Below are positions 1 to 10,036 of a DNA stretch of 64,000 nucleotides, in pieces. Within the stretch, counting starts at the first letter, position 1. The number at the start of each line of letters is the position of its first letter. A model generated the notes under the pieces. The model saw nothing but the letters and a program-made list of their open reading frames with translations. It made no database searches and had not been told where the DNA came from. Origin of the DNA: an uncultured cyanobacterium (GTDB lineage Bacteria; Cyanobacteriota; Cyanobacteriia; Cyanobacteriales; Nostocaceae); contig OY970166.1 of NCBI GenBank assembly GCA_963706595.1, forward strand, positions 928,001 to 992,000. The letters are read 5' to 3'. A program made the position numbers and the translations under genes.

Positions 1-11
1 TGATTAGTTTA

Positions 12-1196
12 TTAAACTGACTCTGATAGCTTTCCATCAAGACGGCGAAACAAAAATATCCACAATGGTAGGGAACTATTAATAGCAATAAGTCGCACTA
101 AATGACCAGTTGTGACAATTTCTACATTATGATTTAATGTTAGTGATACTAGGATCATTTCTGCCGCGCCTCCTGGTGCTGTGACTAACAAACAAGTTAA
201 CCAGTCCCAAGAGGTTAATTGCATGGCCAGCATAGCAGCGATCGCACCAGCAAATAAGGTCATGGCTACAGACATAAAAGCATAACCTACAGCCCTTTTG
301 CCAATATTGGGTTTATCTCCCCAATACTCACCAATGGTAATTCCCAGTAGCAGTTGACCTAATAATTTGATGAATGCTGGCGGAGTAAAATTTGCATCCC
401 CGAAAACAGGTAGCAAGTGCAGCAAAGAATTAAAAGCTAGACCAACTACTAATGCACCAAAAAACTCGGCGGCTGGCATTTTACACAATCCAGCTAGAGA
501 AACTACCAATGTGGTAATTACTAATGCTAAAGAGAGTAATCCCAGTTGGGATGGTTCAAAACCCAGTAATCTCACGGTGACAGGTAAGGTTTGGGGGCTG
601 AGAACATGATCAACTGATGTCCGAGCAATTAAGGGAATCAGTAATACTACGGTAGTGACGCGAATTGCCTGAACTAAAGCCACAAGGGTGACATTTCTAT
701 TGTAATCGGCGGCAATAGATGACATGACTCCCACACCGCCCGGAACCGTCGCCAGCATTGACGTTAATAAATTGGTTTGACTCCAGCGTGAGTACAAGTA
801 GCCAATGCAGCCACCAGACAGCAGTAAAAATAAAGTCAGAAAAATAAATATAGGAATACCAGAAGCCAGACTGGTTAAATCGCTATTGCTACTTGATGCA
901 CCGACCGTCAAGCCGACAAGTGCCATTCCCACCTTTCTCGCATTTCGATTAGGCTGGGGATAATATTGATATAAAATCCGACATCCCTGTAAAACTACTG
1001 CACCAGAGCCAAGTCCGCCAAAGATCCAAGCAATTCCGCCTACGTGTAATTTGACTAAAAGTAAACCCAAAGGTACTGCCAGCAGCAGTTCTAAGCTGAG
1101 GATGACTAGCTTCACATATAAATGTGGTTTGGTAACATTTTGTTTTTCATGAGTGGGTAACTCTTGGGTGGGAGTAACACTGAGGTTTTGATTCAT
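12..1196 (-). CDS. AbrB-family (putative ammonia monooxygenase-like) membrane protein
   Basis: 394 aa, highly hydrophobic, two internal halves each ending in a (V/A)PGG motif (ATVPGGVGVM, TAPGGAAEM). Confidence 0.8.
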   Translation of the reverse strand: MNQNLSVTPTQELPTHEKQNVTKPHLYVKLVILSLELLLAVPLGLLLVKLHVGGIAWIFGGLGSGAVVLQGCRILYQYYPQPNRNARKVGMALVGLTVGASSSNSDLTSLASGIPIFIFLTLFLLLSGGCIGYLYSRWSQTNLLTSMLATVPGGVGVMSSIAADYNRNVTLVALVQAIRVTTVVLLIPLIARTSVDHVLSPQTLPVTVRLLGFEPSQLGLLSLALVITTLVVSLAGLCKMPAAEFFGALVVGLAFNSLLHLLPVFGDANFTPPAFIKLLGQLLLGITIGEYWGDKPNIGKRAVGYAFMSVAMTLFAGAIAAMLAMQLTSWDWLTCLLVTAPGGAAEMILVSLTLNHNVEIVTTGHLVRLIAINSSLPLWIFLFRRLDGKLSESV

Positions 1197-1339
1197 CGAA
1201 AAGGGCTGTTTAAATTAATTCACTATGCACTCAAACTAGCGTAATTGCCTAGAACGCACATCTGCTTGCCCGTTCTTTCACCCCCTAACTGTGGCACAAT
1301 AAGGAATTGTAATAAGAAAAATATTGTTAAGGTAATTTA

Positions 1340-2464
1340 GTGACTCCAACTGCTCAATCCACGGCAAGTGCGCGTCGCGTGGTATTTCCATTTACGGCAA
1401 TTGTGGGCCAGGAAGAAATGAAACTGGCGCTGCTGTTGAACGTGATTGATCCCAAAATCGGTGGTGTAATGATTATGGGCGATCGCGGTACTGGCAAATC
1501 CACGACTATCCGGGCGCTGGCTGATTTGTTGCCAGAAATCCCCGTGGTTGCCAATGACCCCTTCAACAGTGACCCCAACGACCCCGACGTGATGAGTGAT
1601 GAAGTTCGCCAAATGGTAGAACAAGGGATGGAAATTCCCATAGATCACAAAAAAGTTCAAATGGTAGACTTGCCATTGGGGGCTACAGAAGACCGAGTTT
1701 GTGGCACTATCGACATTGAGAAAGCTTTATCTGAAGGTGTAAAAGCTTTTGAGCCGGGATTGCTGGCTAAGGCTAACCGAGGCATTCTTTATGTGGATGA
1801 AGTCAATTTGCTCGACGACCACCTAGTAGACGTGCTACTGGACTCCGCAGCCAGTGGTTGGAATACTGTAGAACGCGAAGGTATTTCCATTCGTCACCCA
1901 GCCCGTTTTGTACTTGTAGGTTCTGGGAACCCAGAAGAAGGTGAACTGCGTCCCCAACTGCTAGACCGTTTTGGGATGCACGCAGAAATCCACACTGTCA
2001 AAGAACCACCTTTGCGGGTACAGATTGTGGAACAAAGGGCGGAGTTTGATCAAAATCCTCCTGTATTTCTAGAAAAATGCCAAGCTGAACAAGAAGCATT
2101 ACAACAAAAAATTGTCAATGCTCAAAATTTGTTACCATCCGTAACACTTGACTACGACCAACGGGTAAAAATTTCGGAAATTTGTTCAGAACTAGATGTA
2201 GATGGTTTGCGTGGTGATATTGTTAGCAACCGCGCCGCCAAAGCATTAACAGCATTTGAAGGTCGTACCGAAGTCACGGTTGATGATATCAAACGTGTAA
2301 TTACTCTATGTCTGCGTCACAGATTGCGAAAAGACCCCTTAGAGTCAATTGATACTGGCTACAAAGTACAAAAAGCTTTTGCGCGAGTTTTTGGTTTGGA
2401 ACCACCAGAAGATGATGCTACACAAAAAAATGGCGTAGGTCAAAAAATAGGGGCGAAAAATTAA
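1340..2464 (+). CDS. chlI: magnesium chelatase subunit I
   Basis: [16 protein letters not shown], Walker [35 protein letters not shown]. Confidence 0.97.
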   Translation: MTPTAQSTASARRVVFPFTAIVGQEEMKLALLLNVIDPKIGGVMIMGDRGTGKSTTIRALADLLPEIPVVANDPFNSDPNDPDVMSDEVRQMVEQGMEIPIDHKKVQMVDLPLGATEDRVCGTIDIEKALSEGVKAFEPGLLAKANRGILYVDEVNLLDDHLVDVLLDSAASGWNTVEREGISIRHPARFVLVGSGNPEEGELRPQLLDRFGMHAEIHTVKEPPLRVQIVEQRAEFDQNPPVFLEKCQAEQEALQQKIVNAQNLLPSVTLDYDQRVKISEICSELDVDGLRGDIVSNRAAKALTAFEGRTEVTVDDIKRVITLCLRHRLRKDPLESIDTGYKVQKAFARVFGLEPPEDDATQKNGVGQKIGAKN

Positions 2465-2471
2465 AAGCTTT

Positions 2472-2593
2472 GTAGAGACGCGATTCATCGCGTCTTTTAT
2501 TTATCATTGATTCATCGCGTCTTTTATTTATCATTGATTCATCGCGTCTTTTATTTATCATTGATTCATCGCGTCATTGATTCATCGCCTCTC
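2472..2593 (+). repeat. GTAG-type REP hairpin followed by a 27-bp tandem repeat (3 full copies and 2 partial)
   Basis: gtagagacgcgattcatcgcgtct; unit gattcatcgcgtcttttatttatcatt starts at 2482, 2509 and 2536, with partial copies at 2563 and 2579. Confidence 0.9.
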
Positions 2594-2608
2594 CAATCAA
2601 TATTAATT

Positions 2609-2896
2609 ATGAGATTGTGGAACTCTTGCTTAAACAGCTTTATTTTAGCTAGCCAATACAACCCACCTGGGTTTGTAGAGTTATTGATGCTGATGCTAGC
2701 GATCGCTATGTTAATCATAGCGGCAATTTTACCAGCTATGCCTTATTTAATATTGGGTTTGAGCTTGGTAGTGGGAGCATCTATTTCTATCTTAGTACGG
2801 GAAGCGATCGCACCTTCACCCCAAGCACGAGTCACCCAATTCACCGCATTATTATTGCTTTTCATTAGTATCTACGGCTTTGCTGATTTGCTGTAA
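2609..2896 (+). CDS. small hypothetical membrane protein
   Basis: about 3 hydrophobic segments; the ORF-track start at 2507 lies in the tandem repeat, so ATG 2609 is preferred. Confidence 0.6.
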   Translation: MRLWNSCLNSFILASQYNPPGFVELLMLMLAIAMLIIAAILPAMPYLILGLSLVVGASISILVREAIAPSPQARVTQFTALLLLFISIYGFADLL

Positions 2897-2945
2897 ATTC
2901 TTTAATTCTCGGTGCGTTAGGACTAGTGTCCATAACGCACCCTAC

Positions 2946-3049
2946 TAGCGTGGCAAGCTTAAAATAGTGCATTAGGTAAAAAGCAGAAAACATTGATTTA
3001 TCCCAATTTTCTCAAAAATCTATTGCAACATTTTAGCCTTGCCACGCCA
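2946..3049. mobile_element. 104-bp MITE family A, copy 1
   Basis: TIRs TAGCGTGGCAAG/CTTGCCACGCCA, flanked by direct repeat CTAC at 2942-2945 and 3050-3053; near-identical inverted copies at 13494 and 55670. Confidence 0.85.
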
Positions 3050-3080
3050 CTACGAGGTTCAAGCCGATGTGGGCAAGTTT

Positions 3081-3140
3081 TTTCTCCCCTGCCCCCTGCA
3101 CCCTGCCCCCCTGCCTCTTCTCCCCTGCTCCCCTGCTTCT
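3081..3140 (+). repeat. degenerate heptamer tandem repeat (CCCCTGC-like, STRR type)
   Basis: ctcccctgccccctgcaccctgccccc...cccctgctcccctgct. Confidence 0.7.
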
Positions 3141-4232
3141 TCATTCCCACCCTTGCATCTCTACCAATTCCATACACAATTCATTAATTTGCTCCAAATC
3201 AGGTCGCGCAGGTAAACTTGATTTCTCGTAAATAATTTCCATTTGGCTAACCAAATCCTCTGCCATTTTCATCACTTGTTCATAGGAATAATCACCACTC
3301 AAAATAGCTTTAAAATCTTCTACATCACCAGCAATTCTTCTATCTACAATTATTTCCCCTCGCTGTAATATTTCTAATCCACTGCGTAATAATCTAATGC
3401 AGTGCATTCCATGCTTCAGGTCAAAACCCGACTTTCTTTCCATTTCCGCCCTAGCAGGATTTCTGTTTTCCTGCCAAGATATGTAAGCTTTCCATTCTCT
3501 TAAAGCTATTTGATAATTTTGGCTTTTTTGCAGTAAACGAATAAAATCTTTGCGGCTATTGGTGAATTTTTGGGTATATTCCAAAGTTTCATCAGGTAAA
3601 GTATATTGTTTCAATACTCCTTTAAAATCAATATCTGCCGTCAGCAACTTATATAATTCTTCGGCTTCTTCTAAAAATTCAATTCTGCCTCTAATTAAAT
3701 GATAAAGATACTCCAGAAAAGCGTTTAACTCATCTTTAATCAGTGGCGCTTCGTCTTCTATGCCAAAATCAGATGGAAGTGGCTTCTTTTGTGGTGGATT
3801 TAATAACCATTTGCGATGAGTCTCCATCTTTTTGATTTGAGCAAAAGCATAACCAGAATAAGTATGCTTAACTTTTTTAGTTAAAAAGATTCTTTTGTGC
3901 TTAATTAACTGTTGACCAACTGATGTTAACACAGGATAATTTTGCAACCACAGCAATTCTAAAATATTGGGGTTCGCCCCTGCTAATAACTGAATTATCT
4001 TTTTTAACTCATAAATAACTGTGTCTTCATTGCCATCAATAAAGGGAAATATCCCAGGTTCATCCCAACCGGTGTCTTTTTGTTCTATGCGGTCAAATCC
4101 CAAATAATATCTTTTGGGTGCAATAAATACTCCCCGAAAATCAAAGTCTGACTCAGGACGATTTAACCCATATCCGTGGCTACCAGATAAACCAATCAAA
4201 ATTGTTCTTTGTTCAACTTCTATTCTTTTCAT
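3141..4232 (-). CDS. DNA polymerase beta-superfamily nucleotidyltransferase (RlaP/YcgL-like)
   Basis: GSHGYGL..ESDFDFRGVF (GS...DxD), ANPNILELL, C-terminal FDLKHGMHCIRLL and SSLP..PD. Confidence 0.8.
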   Translation of the reverse strand: MKRIEVEQRTILIGLSGSHGYGLNRPESDFDFRGVFIAPKRYYLGFDRIEQKDTGWDEPGIFPFIDGNEDTVIYELKKIIQLLAGANPNILELLWLQNYPVLTSVGQQLIKHKRIFLTKKVKHTYSGYAFAQIKKMETHRKWLLNPPQKKPLPSDFGIEDEAPLIKDELNAFLEYLYHLIRGRIEFLEEAEELYKLLTADIDFKGVLKQYTLPDETLEYTQKFTNSRKDFIRLLQKSQNYQIALREWKAYISWQENRNPARAEMERKSGFDLKHGMHCIRLLRSGLEILQRGEIIVDRRIAGDVEDFKAILSGDYSYEQVMKMAEDLVSQMEIIYEKSSLPARPDLEQINELCMELVEMQGWE

Positions 4233-4333
4233 ATTTATTGGTTAATCAAAAAAATTATCAGTTTGTAGTAAACACTTTAGTGTTTTATATATAAAAATAT
4301 AAGGACTAAAGTCCTGACTACGAACAAGCCCTT

Positions 4334-4525
4334 CTACTTAAAATCATCACTCATCCAAATTTCTCCCTTGTTTAAGTCTGGGATACGTTTCTCAGGTGGT
4401 TGGGTTTGAGTATATTTTTGTGCTAAAAATTCCACAAAATCTAATACTTGCTGTTGCTGTTCTGGTGCTAGGGTTTCCAACTTGGCAATTAATTCTGAGG
4501 TGGTATCTACAACTTGAGAAGTCAT
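4334..4525 (-). CDS. DUF2281-type antitoxin-like protein, apparently truncated at the C-terminus
   Basis: LAPEQQQQVLDFVEFL ... KGEIWMSDDF; GGAGAGG RBS upstream; no adjacent toxin gene. Confidence 0.65.
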   Translation of the reverse strand: MTSQVVDTTSELIAKLETLAPEQQQQVLDFVEFLAQKYTQTQPPEKRIPDLNKGEIWMSDDFK

Positions 4526-4783
4526 CTTAGCCTCTCCTGATCAGTGTCTGATTTTATGGTACTTGTTTATTTGAGGCGATCGCATCGCATAGTGTAGCTA
4601 TAGCAATCCTAAATAAGTGATATTGACTTAACCCCAGTTAATCAAGTAAGATAGTAGATTGTCTGTCTCATTCCTGCTCGGATCAGGTGGACATATAACA
4701 AAAGCTAGCAACAGCGATCGCTCAAAACCAGAGAAATCGCCTTTAAAGCCAGCTACCTGTACGGCAAACTCAAGGACCATTCC

Positions 4784-5182
4784 ATGACCTACGCAATTAT
4801 TGAAACTGGCGGTAAGCAACTAAAAGTTGAGCCAGGTCGCTTTTACGATATTGAACTGCTCCATATCGAAGCGGATGAAAAAGTTACAATAGATTCAGTA
4901 TTACTAGTACAGCACAACGGCGAAGTCACCATTGGACAGCCGTTAGTAGCAGGGGCGACTGTAGAAGGGACAGTAGTGCGGAACTTTAGAGGCCGCAAAG
5001 TCCTGGTATATAAAATGAAGCCTAAAAAGAAAACCCGCAAAAAACGGGGACACCGCCAGGAAATCACAAGACTGATGATTGATTCCATTAACTTTAATGG
5101 TGAAGTCTTTGGTCCCGAAAACGGTGTAGCTGTTGAACTTCCCGTTCTCGAAGAATCCCCTGCGGAAGCTGTAGCTGAATAA
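4784..5182 (+). CDS. rplU: 50S ribosomal protein L21
   Basis: [24 protein letters not shown]. Confidence 0.98.
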   Translation: MTYAIIETGGKQLKVEPGRFYDIELLHIEADEKVTIDSVLLVQHNGEVTIGQPLVAGATVEGTVVRNFRGRKVLVYKMKPKKKTRKKRGHRQEITRLMIDSINFNGEVFGPENGVAVELPVLEESPAEAVAE

Positions 5183-5209
5183 TAAATACAAAAAACACAA
5201 GAGGTAATT

Positions 5210-5491
5210 ATGGCTCATAAGAAAGGTACAGGTAGTACTCGTAACGGTCGCGACTCTAATGCTCAACGCCTGGGTGTAAAGCGCTTTGGTGGTCAAAATG
5301 TGATTGCGGGAAATATTCTCGTGCGTCAGCGTGGCACTAAATTTCACCCCGGTAACAACGTCGGTATTGGTAGCGATGACACTTTGTTTGCTTTGATTGA
5401 AGGTGTAGTAACCTTTGAAAGAAAAGGCAAATCCCGCAAAAAAGTTAGTGTTTATCCAGTCGCTGCACCAGTTGAAGCAGTAGCCGTTTAG
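5210..5491 (+). CDS. rpmA: 50S ribosomal protein L27
   Basis: [16 protein letters not shown]. Confidence 0.99.
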   Translation: MAHKKGTGSTRNGRDSNAQRLGVKRFGGQNVIAGNILVRQRGTKFHPGNNVGIGSDDTLFALIEGVVTFERKGKSRKKVSVYPVAAPVEAVAV

Positions 5492-5639
5492 ATGAAATCT
5501 GGTGGGAAAAAATGTAGGGACGTTCCATGGAACTTCTCTATCAGGGTTTTGTAATCACGCATATTTTATTTTCACCAGATGTCTCTTTGACGGGGTGGGT
5601 ACTCCCCACCCTGATAACTGAATGGGGGGAGCAGAGTAA

Positions 5640-6077
5640 TTACAACTGCGGGAAAAATCCCAGATGTACGACTTTACCCAAGGCTAAACCTGCTAATGAA
5701 AATATCAACGTCATCAAAAAAGCTTGTCCTTGCTTAAAGCCAGCAGTTTGAAAGTCTATTCTGGCTAAGATACCAGCAGAAATAATCAGCAAGGTATCCA
5801 GAAATATTCGGAACCAAGCCAGCATTAAAAAAAATAAAAATGCTCCAAAAGTGGCAACAGCAAAAGACCTGATATTTGATTGCAGTAATAGATGAGAGTA
5901 TTTTGATATTGCCGACCAAGGAATAGTCAAGCTACCCACTAAAACAAAAACAGCAAGTATAAAAGTTATCCACACATACAAAGGGGCTTGTGTCTCGGAT
6001 AATGCCCAACCTAATGTACCGTAGCTCAGGAGTAACAGCACTAAGGAAATCCAAGGAAGTGTTTTCACAATTGACAT
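5640..6077 (-). CDS. hypothetical membrane protein
   Basis: 145 aa with about 5 hydrophobic segments. Confidence 0.7.
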   Translation of the reverse strand: MSIVKTLPWISLVLLLLSYGTLGWALSETQAPLYVWITFILAVFVLVGSLTIPWSAISKYSHLLLQSNIRSFAVATFGAFLFFLMLAWFRIFLDTLLIISAGILARIDFQTAGFKQGQAFLMTLIFSLAGLALGKVVHLGFFPQL

Positions 6078-6449
6078 GGGTCTGTATAACCTTAGCGGCT
6101 CAAGCTGTGATTTAACAAAATATTGGGGTCACAAAAACCTTGGTTTTACTTTAATTATTATCTCCCCTAAAATATATTTTGGATGCTAAACACCTAACAG
6201 CCTATGGGTCAAATCACCAACACTAACTACAAAAAGCTGTAGTTAGAGAGATTTTGGCGGCAATGTCTTAGACTATAGTTTTATCATCATATTTTTTGTA
6301 GATGAAATCAATAGGCTGTTATGCTCTTGCCAAGAAAACTAAACCACTTGCACCAGATAATGCCATAAACTAGTTAAATATTTGCGTAAACATTTGTAAA
6401 CTATTAACAGCCGAGTTGCCACACGTCACATTTTGTTAAGGACTTATTT

Positions 6450-7358
6450 ATGAAACAACTTGTAATTGCGGAGCGCGTATGCCTGATTGGTCATATCGTG
6501 TCCATGGTGTTTGGATTAGTAGGCATACTACTAGTTGTACCGAATGCCGAAGTAATTTTCCATTTATCTGAATTTGGACAAACCGCCATGCAGTGGAGTA
6601 TGGCAGGGGGTGGTGTGGTCTATATGATATTGGGAACAGCAGCTGTATTTTTATATGGTTTGCGGACTTTGGGCTTGGGTAGAATTTTGGCCTTTATGCT
6701 CCCCGCAATCTTTATTTCTTTGGGTAGTGAATTATTAGGAACCAGTACAGGCTTTCCTTTCGGTCACTACAGCTATCTCAGTGGCTTGGGCTATAAAATC
6801 GCTGGTTTAGTACCGTTCACAATTCCCCTGTCATGGTTTTATGTGGGATGCGCTTCTTACCTGCTGGCGCGCGCTGGTTTAGAAGTGGATACAAAACCTA
6901 GCTTATGGCGACATATCTGTGCTATCGGTTTGGGTTCTTTGCTATTGACTTCTTGGGATTTTGTGCTAGACCCAGCAATGAGCCAAACTTCTCTGCCTTT
7001 CTGGTATTGGCAACAACCAGGGCCTTTCTTTGGAATGCCTTATCAAAACTTTGTGGGCTGGTTGGGTACTGGTGCTGTGTTTATGACTGTGGCTGCTGTG
7101 CTATGGAACAACAACCCCATTAAATTTGAGCGATCGCAACTCAATGTACCCTTAGTAGTATATTTAGCTAACTTTGGCTTTGCTACAGTCATGAGTTTGG
7201 CTGCTGGATTCTCCATTCCTGTAGGATTAGGCTTTGTACTAGGTGTAGGTCCTTCTCTCGCACTGTGGTTAAAAGGATCAGCCGTATCTACCCAAGCTGA
7301 TACCGAATCAACAACTAACACAGTTTCCGTGGCAAATATCAAAGTTGCTTTGAAATAA
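6450..7358 (+). CDS. cruF: carotenoid 1'-hydroxylase (myxoxanthophyll pathway)
   Basis: ELLGTSTGFPFGHYSY, WDFVLDPAM, GMPYQNFVGW; lies directly upstream of a cruG-type glycosyltransferase. Confidence 0.88.
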   Translation: MKQLVIAERVCLIGHIVSMVFGLVGILLVVPNAEVIFHLSEFGQTAMQWSMAGGGVVYMILGTAAVFLYGLRTLGLGRILAFMLPAIFISLGSELLGTSTGFPFGHYSYLSGLGYKIAGLVPFTIPLSWFYVGCASYLLARAGLEVDTKPSLWRHICAIGLGSLLLTSWDFVLDPAMSQTSLPFWYWQQPGPFFGMPYQNFVGWLGTGAVFMTVAAVLWNNNPIKFERSQLNVPLVVYLANFGFATVMSLAAGFSIPVGLGFVLGVGPSLALWLKGSAVSTQADTESTTNTVSVANIKVALK

Positions 7359-7360
7359 AA

Positions 7361-7575
7361 TTAGGGGACAGCAAGATATCCAATACCGCAACCGCAAAAG
7401 CGGTTAGGACAAGACAAAATTCCAAAACCAAGTCACAGCAAGTATTTTATTTTTGACCCTTCTCTGCGAGACACTACGTGGTAAGCGCAGCTATGCCGTA
7501 GGCTTTACGACTAAGCTCAGGGTAAACTTTTGACTTTTAACTTTTGACTTTTGACTTTTGCTATATGTCCCCTAA
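7361..7575. repeat. inverted-repeat-bounded composite of small dispersed repeats with a (CTTTTGA)n tract
   Basis: TTAGGGGACA at 7361-7370 and TGTCCCCTAA at 7566-7575; heptamer run at about 7527-7560. Confidence 0.6.
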
Positions 7576-7603
7576 CCCATTCTTTGTGTAATCACCATTC
7601 CTA

Positions 7604-8788
7604 TTGCAAAATATTTTTACTGTGGAAAACGCTTTAACAGTAGAAAGCGTCATAACTTTTCTATTGCTACTTATCCAAATACCAGCAACAGCCATTCTGC
7701 TTTCACGTCTGGTCAAGGGGCCAAGAAGACATCCGCCCCTTCAAGCCCAACAGCCGACACCTGAGCTTTTGGGTACTGTCAGCGTTGTTGTTCCTACGCT
7801 CAACGAGGCGCTTCGTATTAGTCCTCTGTTATCTGGCTTGAGTCGGCAAAGTTACGAAGTTCGGGAAATTATTGTAGTCGATAGTAATTCCCAGGATGGT
7901 ACGCCGGATTTAGTCAAAACTGCACAGCAGCAAGACCCCCGTTTTCGCCTAATGACCGATGACCCCTTACCTGCTAATTGGGTGGGTCGTCCTTGGGCAT
8001 TACATAACGGCTTTTTGCATAGTTCCGAAGCCAGTCAGTGGTTTCTAGGGATGGATGCTGATACTCAACCAGATCCCGGTTTAGTTGCTAGTTTGGTGAA
8101 GACCGCAGCAGCCCAAGAATACGATTTAGTTTCCCTTTCACCGCAGTTTATCCTTCAGTATCCCGGTGAATGCTTGCTGCAACCGGCGTTATTAATGACT
8201 CTGCTGTATCGATTTGACCCGGCGGGAATTACCACCGAACAGCCAGAACGGGTAATGGCAAATGGACAATGCTTTTTGTGTCGCCGTTCGGTTTTAGCCG
8301 CAGTCGGTGGTTATACCAGTGCTAGGAGTTCTTTTTGTGATGATGTCACATTAGCGCGATATATTGCGGCTCAAGGTTTTAAGGTGGGCTTCTTGGATGG
8401 CGCAAAGGTGCTGAAGGTGCGGATGTATGAGGGCGCGATAGAAACTTGGAAGGAATGGGGGCGCAGTCTGGATTTGAAAGACGCATCTCCATCTGCTCAA
8501 GTTTGGGGGGATTTATGGTTACTTTCAGCAGTTCAGGGTTTACCTCTGTTGGTTGTGCTGAGTTCCTTTTTGATTTCTTTGAATCCTCTGTTATTGGGCT
8601 TAAATGTATTTCTCTTGGTGATTCGTTTTGCTATGCTATTCGCGATCGCACCTTCCTACGACCGCAAAAATGCTCAAGGTGGTTGGTTATTTTGGCTTTC
8701 TCCTTTAGCAGATCCCATAGCTGTACTGCGAATCTTTCTATCAGCGTTGCACACCCCAAAGGAGTGGCGAGGCAGGAAGTATAGCTGA
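7604..8788 (+). CDS. cruG: carotenoid 2'-O-glycosyltransferase (GT2)
   Basis: VVVPTLNE, VVDSNSQDGT, MDAD, ANGQCFL, FCDDVTLAR, WRGRKY; follows cruF. Confidence 0.85.
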   Translation: MQNIFTVENALTVESVITFLLLLIQIPATAILLSRLVKGPRRHPPLQAQQPTPELLGTVSVVVPTLNEALRISPLLSGLSRQSYEVREIIVVDSNSQDGTPDLVKTAQQQDPRFRLMTDDPLPANWVGRPWALHNGFLHSSEASQWFLGMDADTQPDPGLVASLVKTAAAQEYDLVSLSPQFILQYPGECLLQPALLMTLLYRFDPAGITTEQPERVMANGQCFLCRRSVLAAVGGYTSARSSFCDDVTLARYIAAQGFKVGFLDGAKVLKVRMYEGAIETWKEWGRSLDLKDASPSAQVWGDLWLLSAVQGLPLLVVLSSFLISLNPLLLGLNVFLLVIRFAMLFAIAPSYDRKNAQGGWLFWLSPLADPIAVLRIFLSALHTPKEWRGRKYS

Positions 8789-8838
8789 TTGCTGAAGACG
8801 CGATAAAAAGACGCGATAAATCGCGTCTCTACAAGGGA

Positions 8839-8890
8839 AATTACGAATTACGAATTACGAATTACGAATTACGAATTACGAATTACGAAT
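8839..8890 (+). repeat. heptamer tandem repeat (AATTACG)x7 overlapping the rnhA stop codon
   Basis: read directly from the sequence. Confidence 0.95.
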
Positions 8891-9794
8891 CCTCGTCGGT
8901 TTCGAGGCGATCGCCTCTTTCCAGTTCCCAAAGAATTTGATTTCCTTCGCGTCTTACCCGTGACACAATCCAGTTCCGCCAGCGCCATTCGTCTCCCCGA
9001 CTGGTGACAGCGCTGGCGTGGACATCCATTAAGTCTGCTAGTTCCGAACTACTAATTAAGTAGCCTTTTTCCGAAATTTCATCAGCTATACGTAGAGTTT
9101 CCAGCAAGTTTTTGAGTTGCTTTACCCTGGTTGTAGACACTTTTTCTTCATTTACTGCCGCAGTTTGTGCGGTGGATGTTTCCATAATGTTTATATCTGA
9201 TATAAAAGTACCGTCATCTTGTGTACTTTTGTTAAGTCTTGTAGAATTAGATGCATAATCTACTACTTCTTCTACATTGTCTTCACTTAAAGAATGTAAA
9301 GATTTGTAGGAATCAGTAGCGGATAATTCTTGTAGAGAAGGGATTTGACCGCTAGCGAATGAGCGAGCAATCACATCACAGCGCTCGTTACCTATGTTAC
9401 CAGAATGTCCCCTGACGTGTTGCCAATTTACTTGGGGAGTATTGAGTTGATCCAAAAGTTCTAAAAGTTCTTGGTTTTGGACAGGTTTACCATCGGCCTT
9501 TTTCCAGCCTCTTTTTTTCCATCCTGGTAACCACTTAGTCACGCAGTTGATCAGGTATTCGCTATCGGTATATAGGGTTATGGGTTCAGCTTGTGCTGAT
9601 GCGTGGAAGAAATTTAAAGCTGCGATCGCCGCTTGCATTTCCATCTTATTATTAGTCGTATAGCTGGCAGCATCACCCATTTCATGGATTTTGCCATCGT
9701 TGAAATAAGCGACCACACCCCAACCCCCAGGGCCAGGGTTCCCAGTACAAGCGCCATCGGTGTAGATACTTTGAATTTTGCGTTGATTAGACAT
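8883..9794 (-). CDS. rnhA: ribonuclease HI with cyanobacterial C-terminal extension
   Basis: IYTDGACTGNPGPGGWG, TTNNKMEMQA, YTDSEY, HVRGHSGNIGNERCD. Confidence 0.95.
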   Translation of the reverse strand: MSNQRKIQSIYTDGACTGNPGPGGWGVVAYFNDGKIHEMGDAASYTTNNKMEMQAAIAALNFFHASAQAEPITLYTDSEYLINCVTKWLPGWKKRGWKKADGKPVQNQELLELLDQLNTPQVNWQHVRGHSGNIGNERCDVIARSFASGQIPSLQELSATDSYKSLHSLSEDNVEEVVDYASNSTRLNKSTQDDGTFISDINIMETSTAQTAAVNEEKVSTTRVKQLKNLLETLRIADEISEKGYLISSSELADLMDVHASAVTSRGDEWRWRNWIVSRVRREGNQILWELERGDRLETDEDS

Positions 9795-10036
9795 AGTGAA
9801 GATATCGCACTGCATTAATACGCAGGGAAAATTTAGGACTTAGATTGTCAATTTACCTGAACTCTAGACACCATTGTTATATTTTGATACACTTGCATCC
9901 AAAGCTATTTGAGAAAATATATCTATAGTATTGTAAATTAATTGGTATTAATTGTTTTTTAGAATAGCGTATGGCAAAGATTATTTCACTAGCAGAGTAC
10001 CAAGAATTATGAAGAGAACGTAACCAAAACACCAAA
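9727..10036. repeat. 310-bp segment duplicated in inverted orientation at 43718-44027 (rnhA 5' end, divergent promoter, araC 5' end)
   Basis: aligned by eye; long identical runs with scattered substitutions. Confidence 0.9.

Noticed and set aside
2482..2593. CRISPR-like array
   Set aside because: The units are contiguous and identical with no unique spacers, and no cas genes are present.
2993..3187. ORFs starting MIYPNF (also 55526-55726)
   Set aside because: Both are read out of MITE A plus flanking repeats and are not credible genes.
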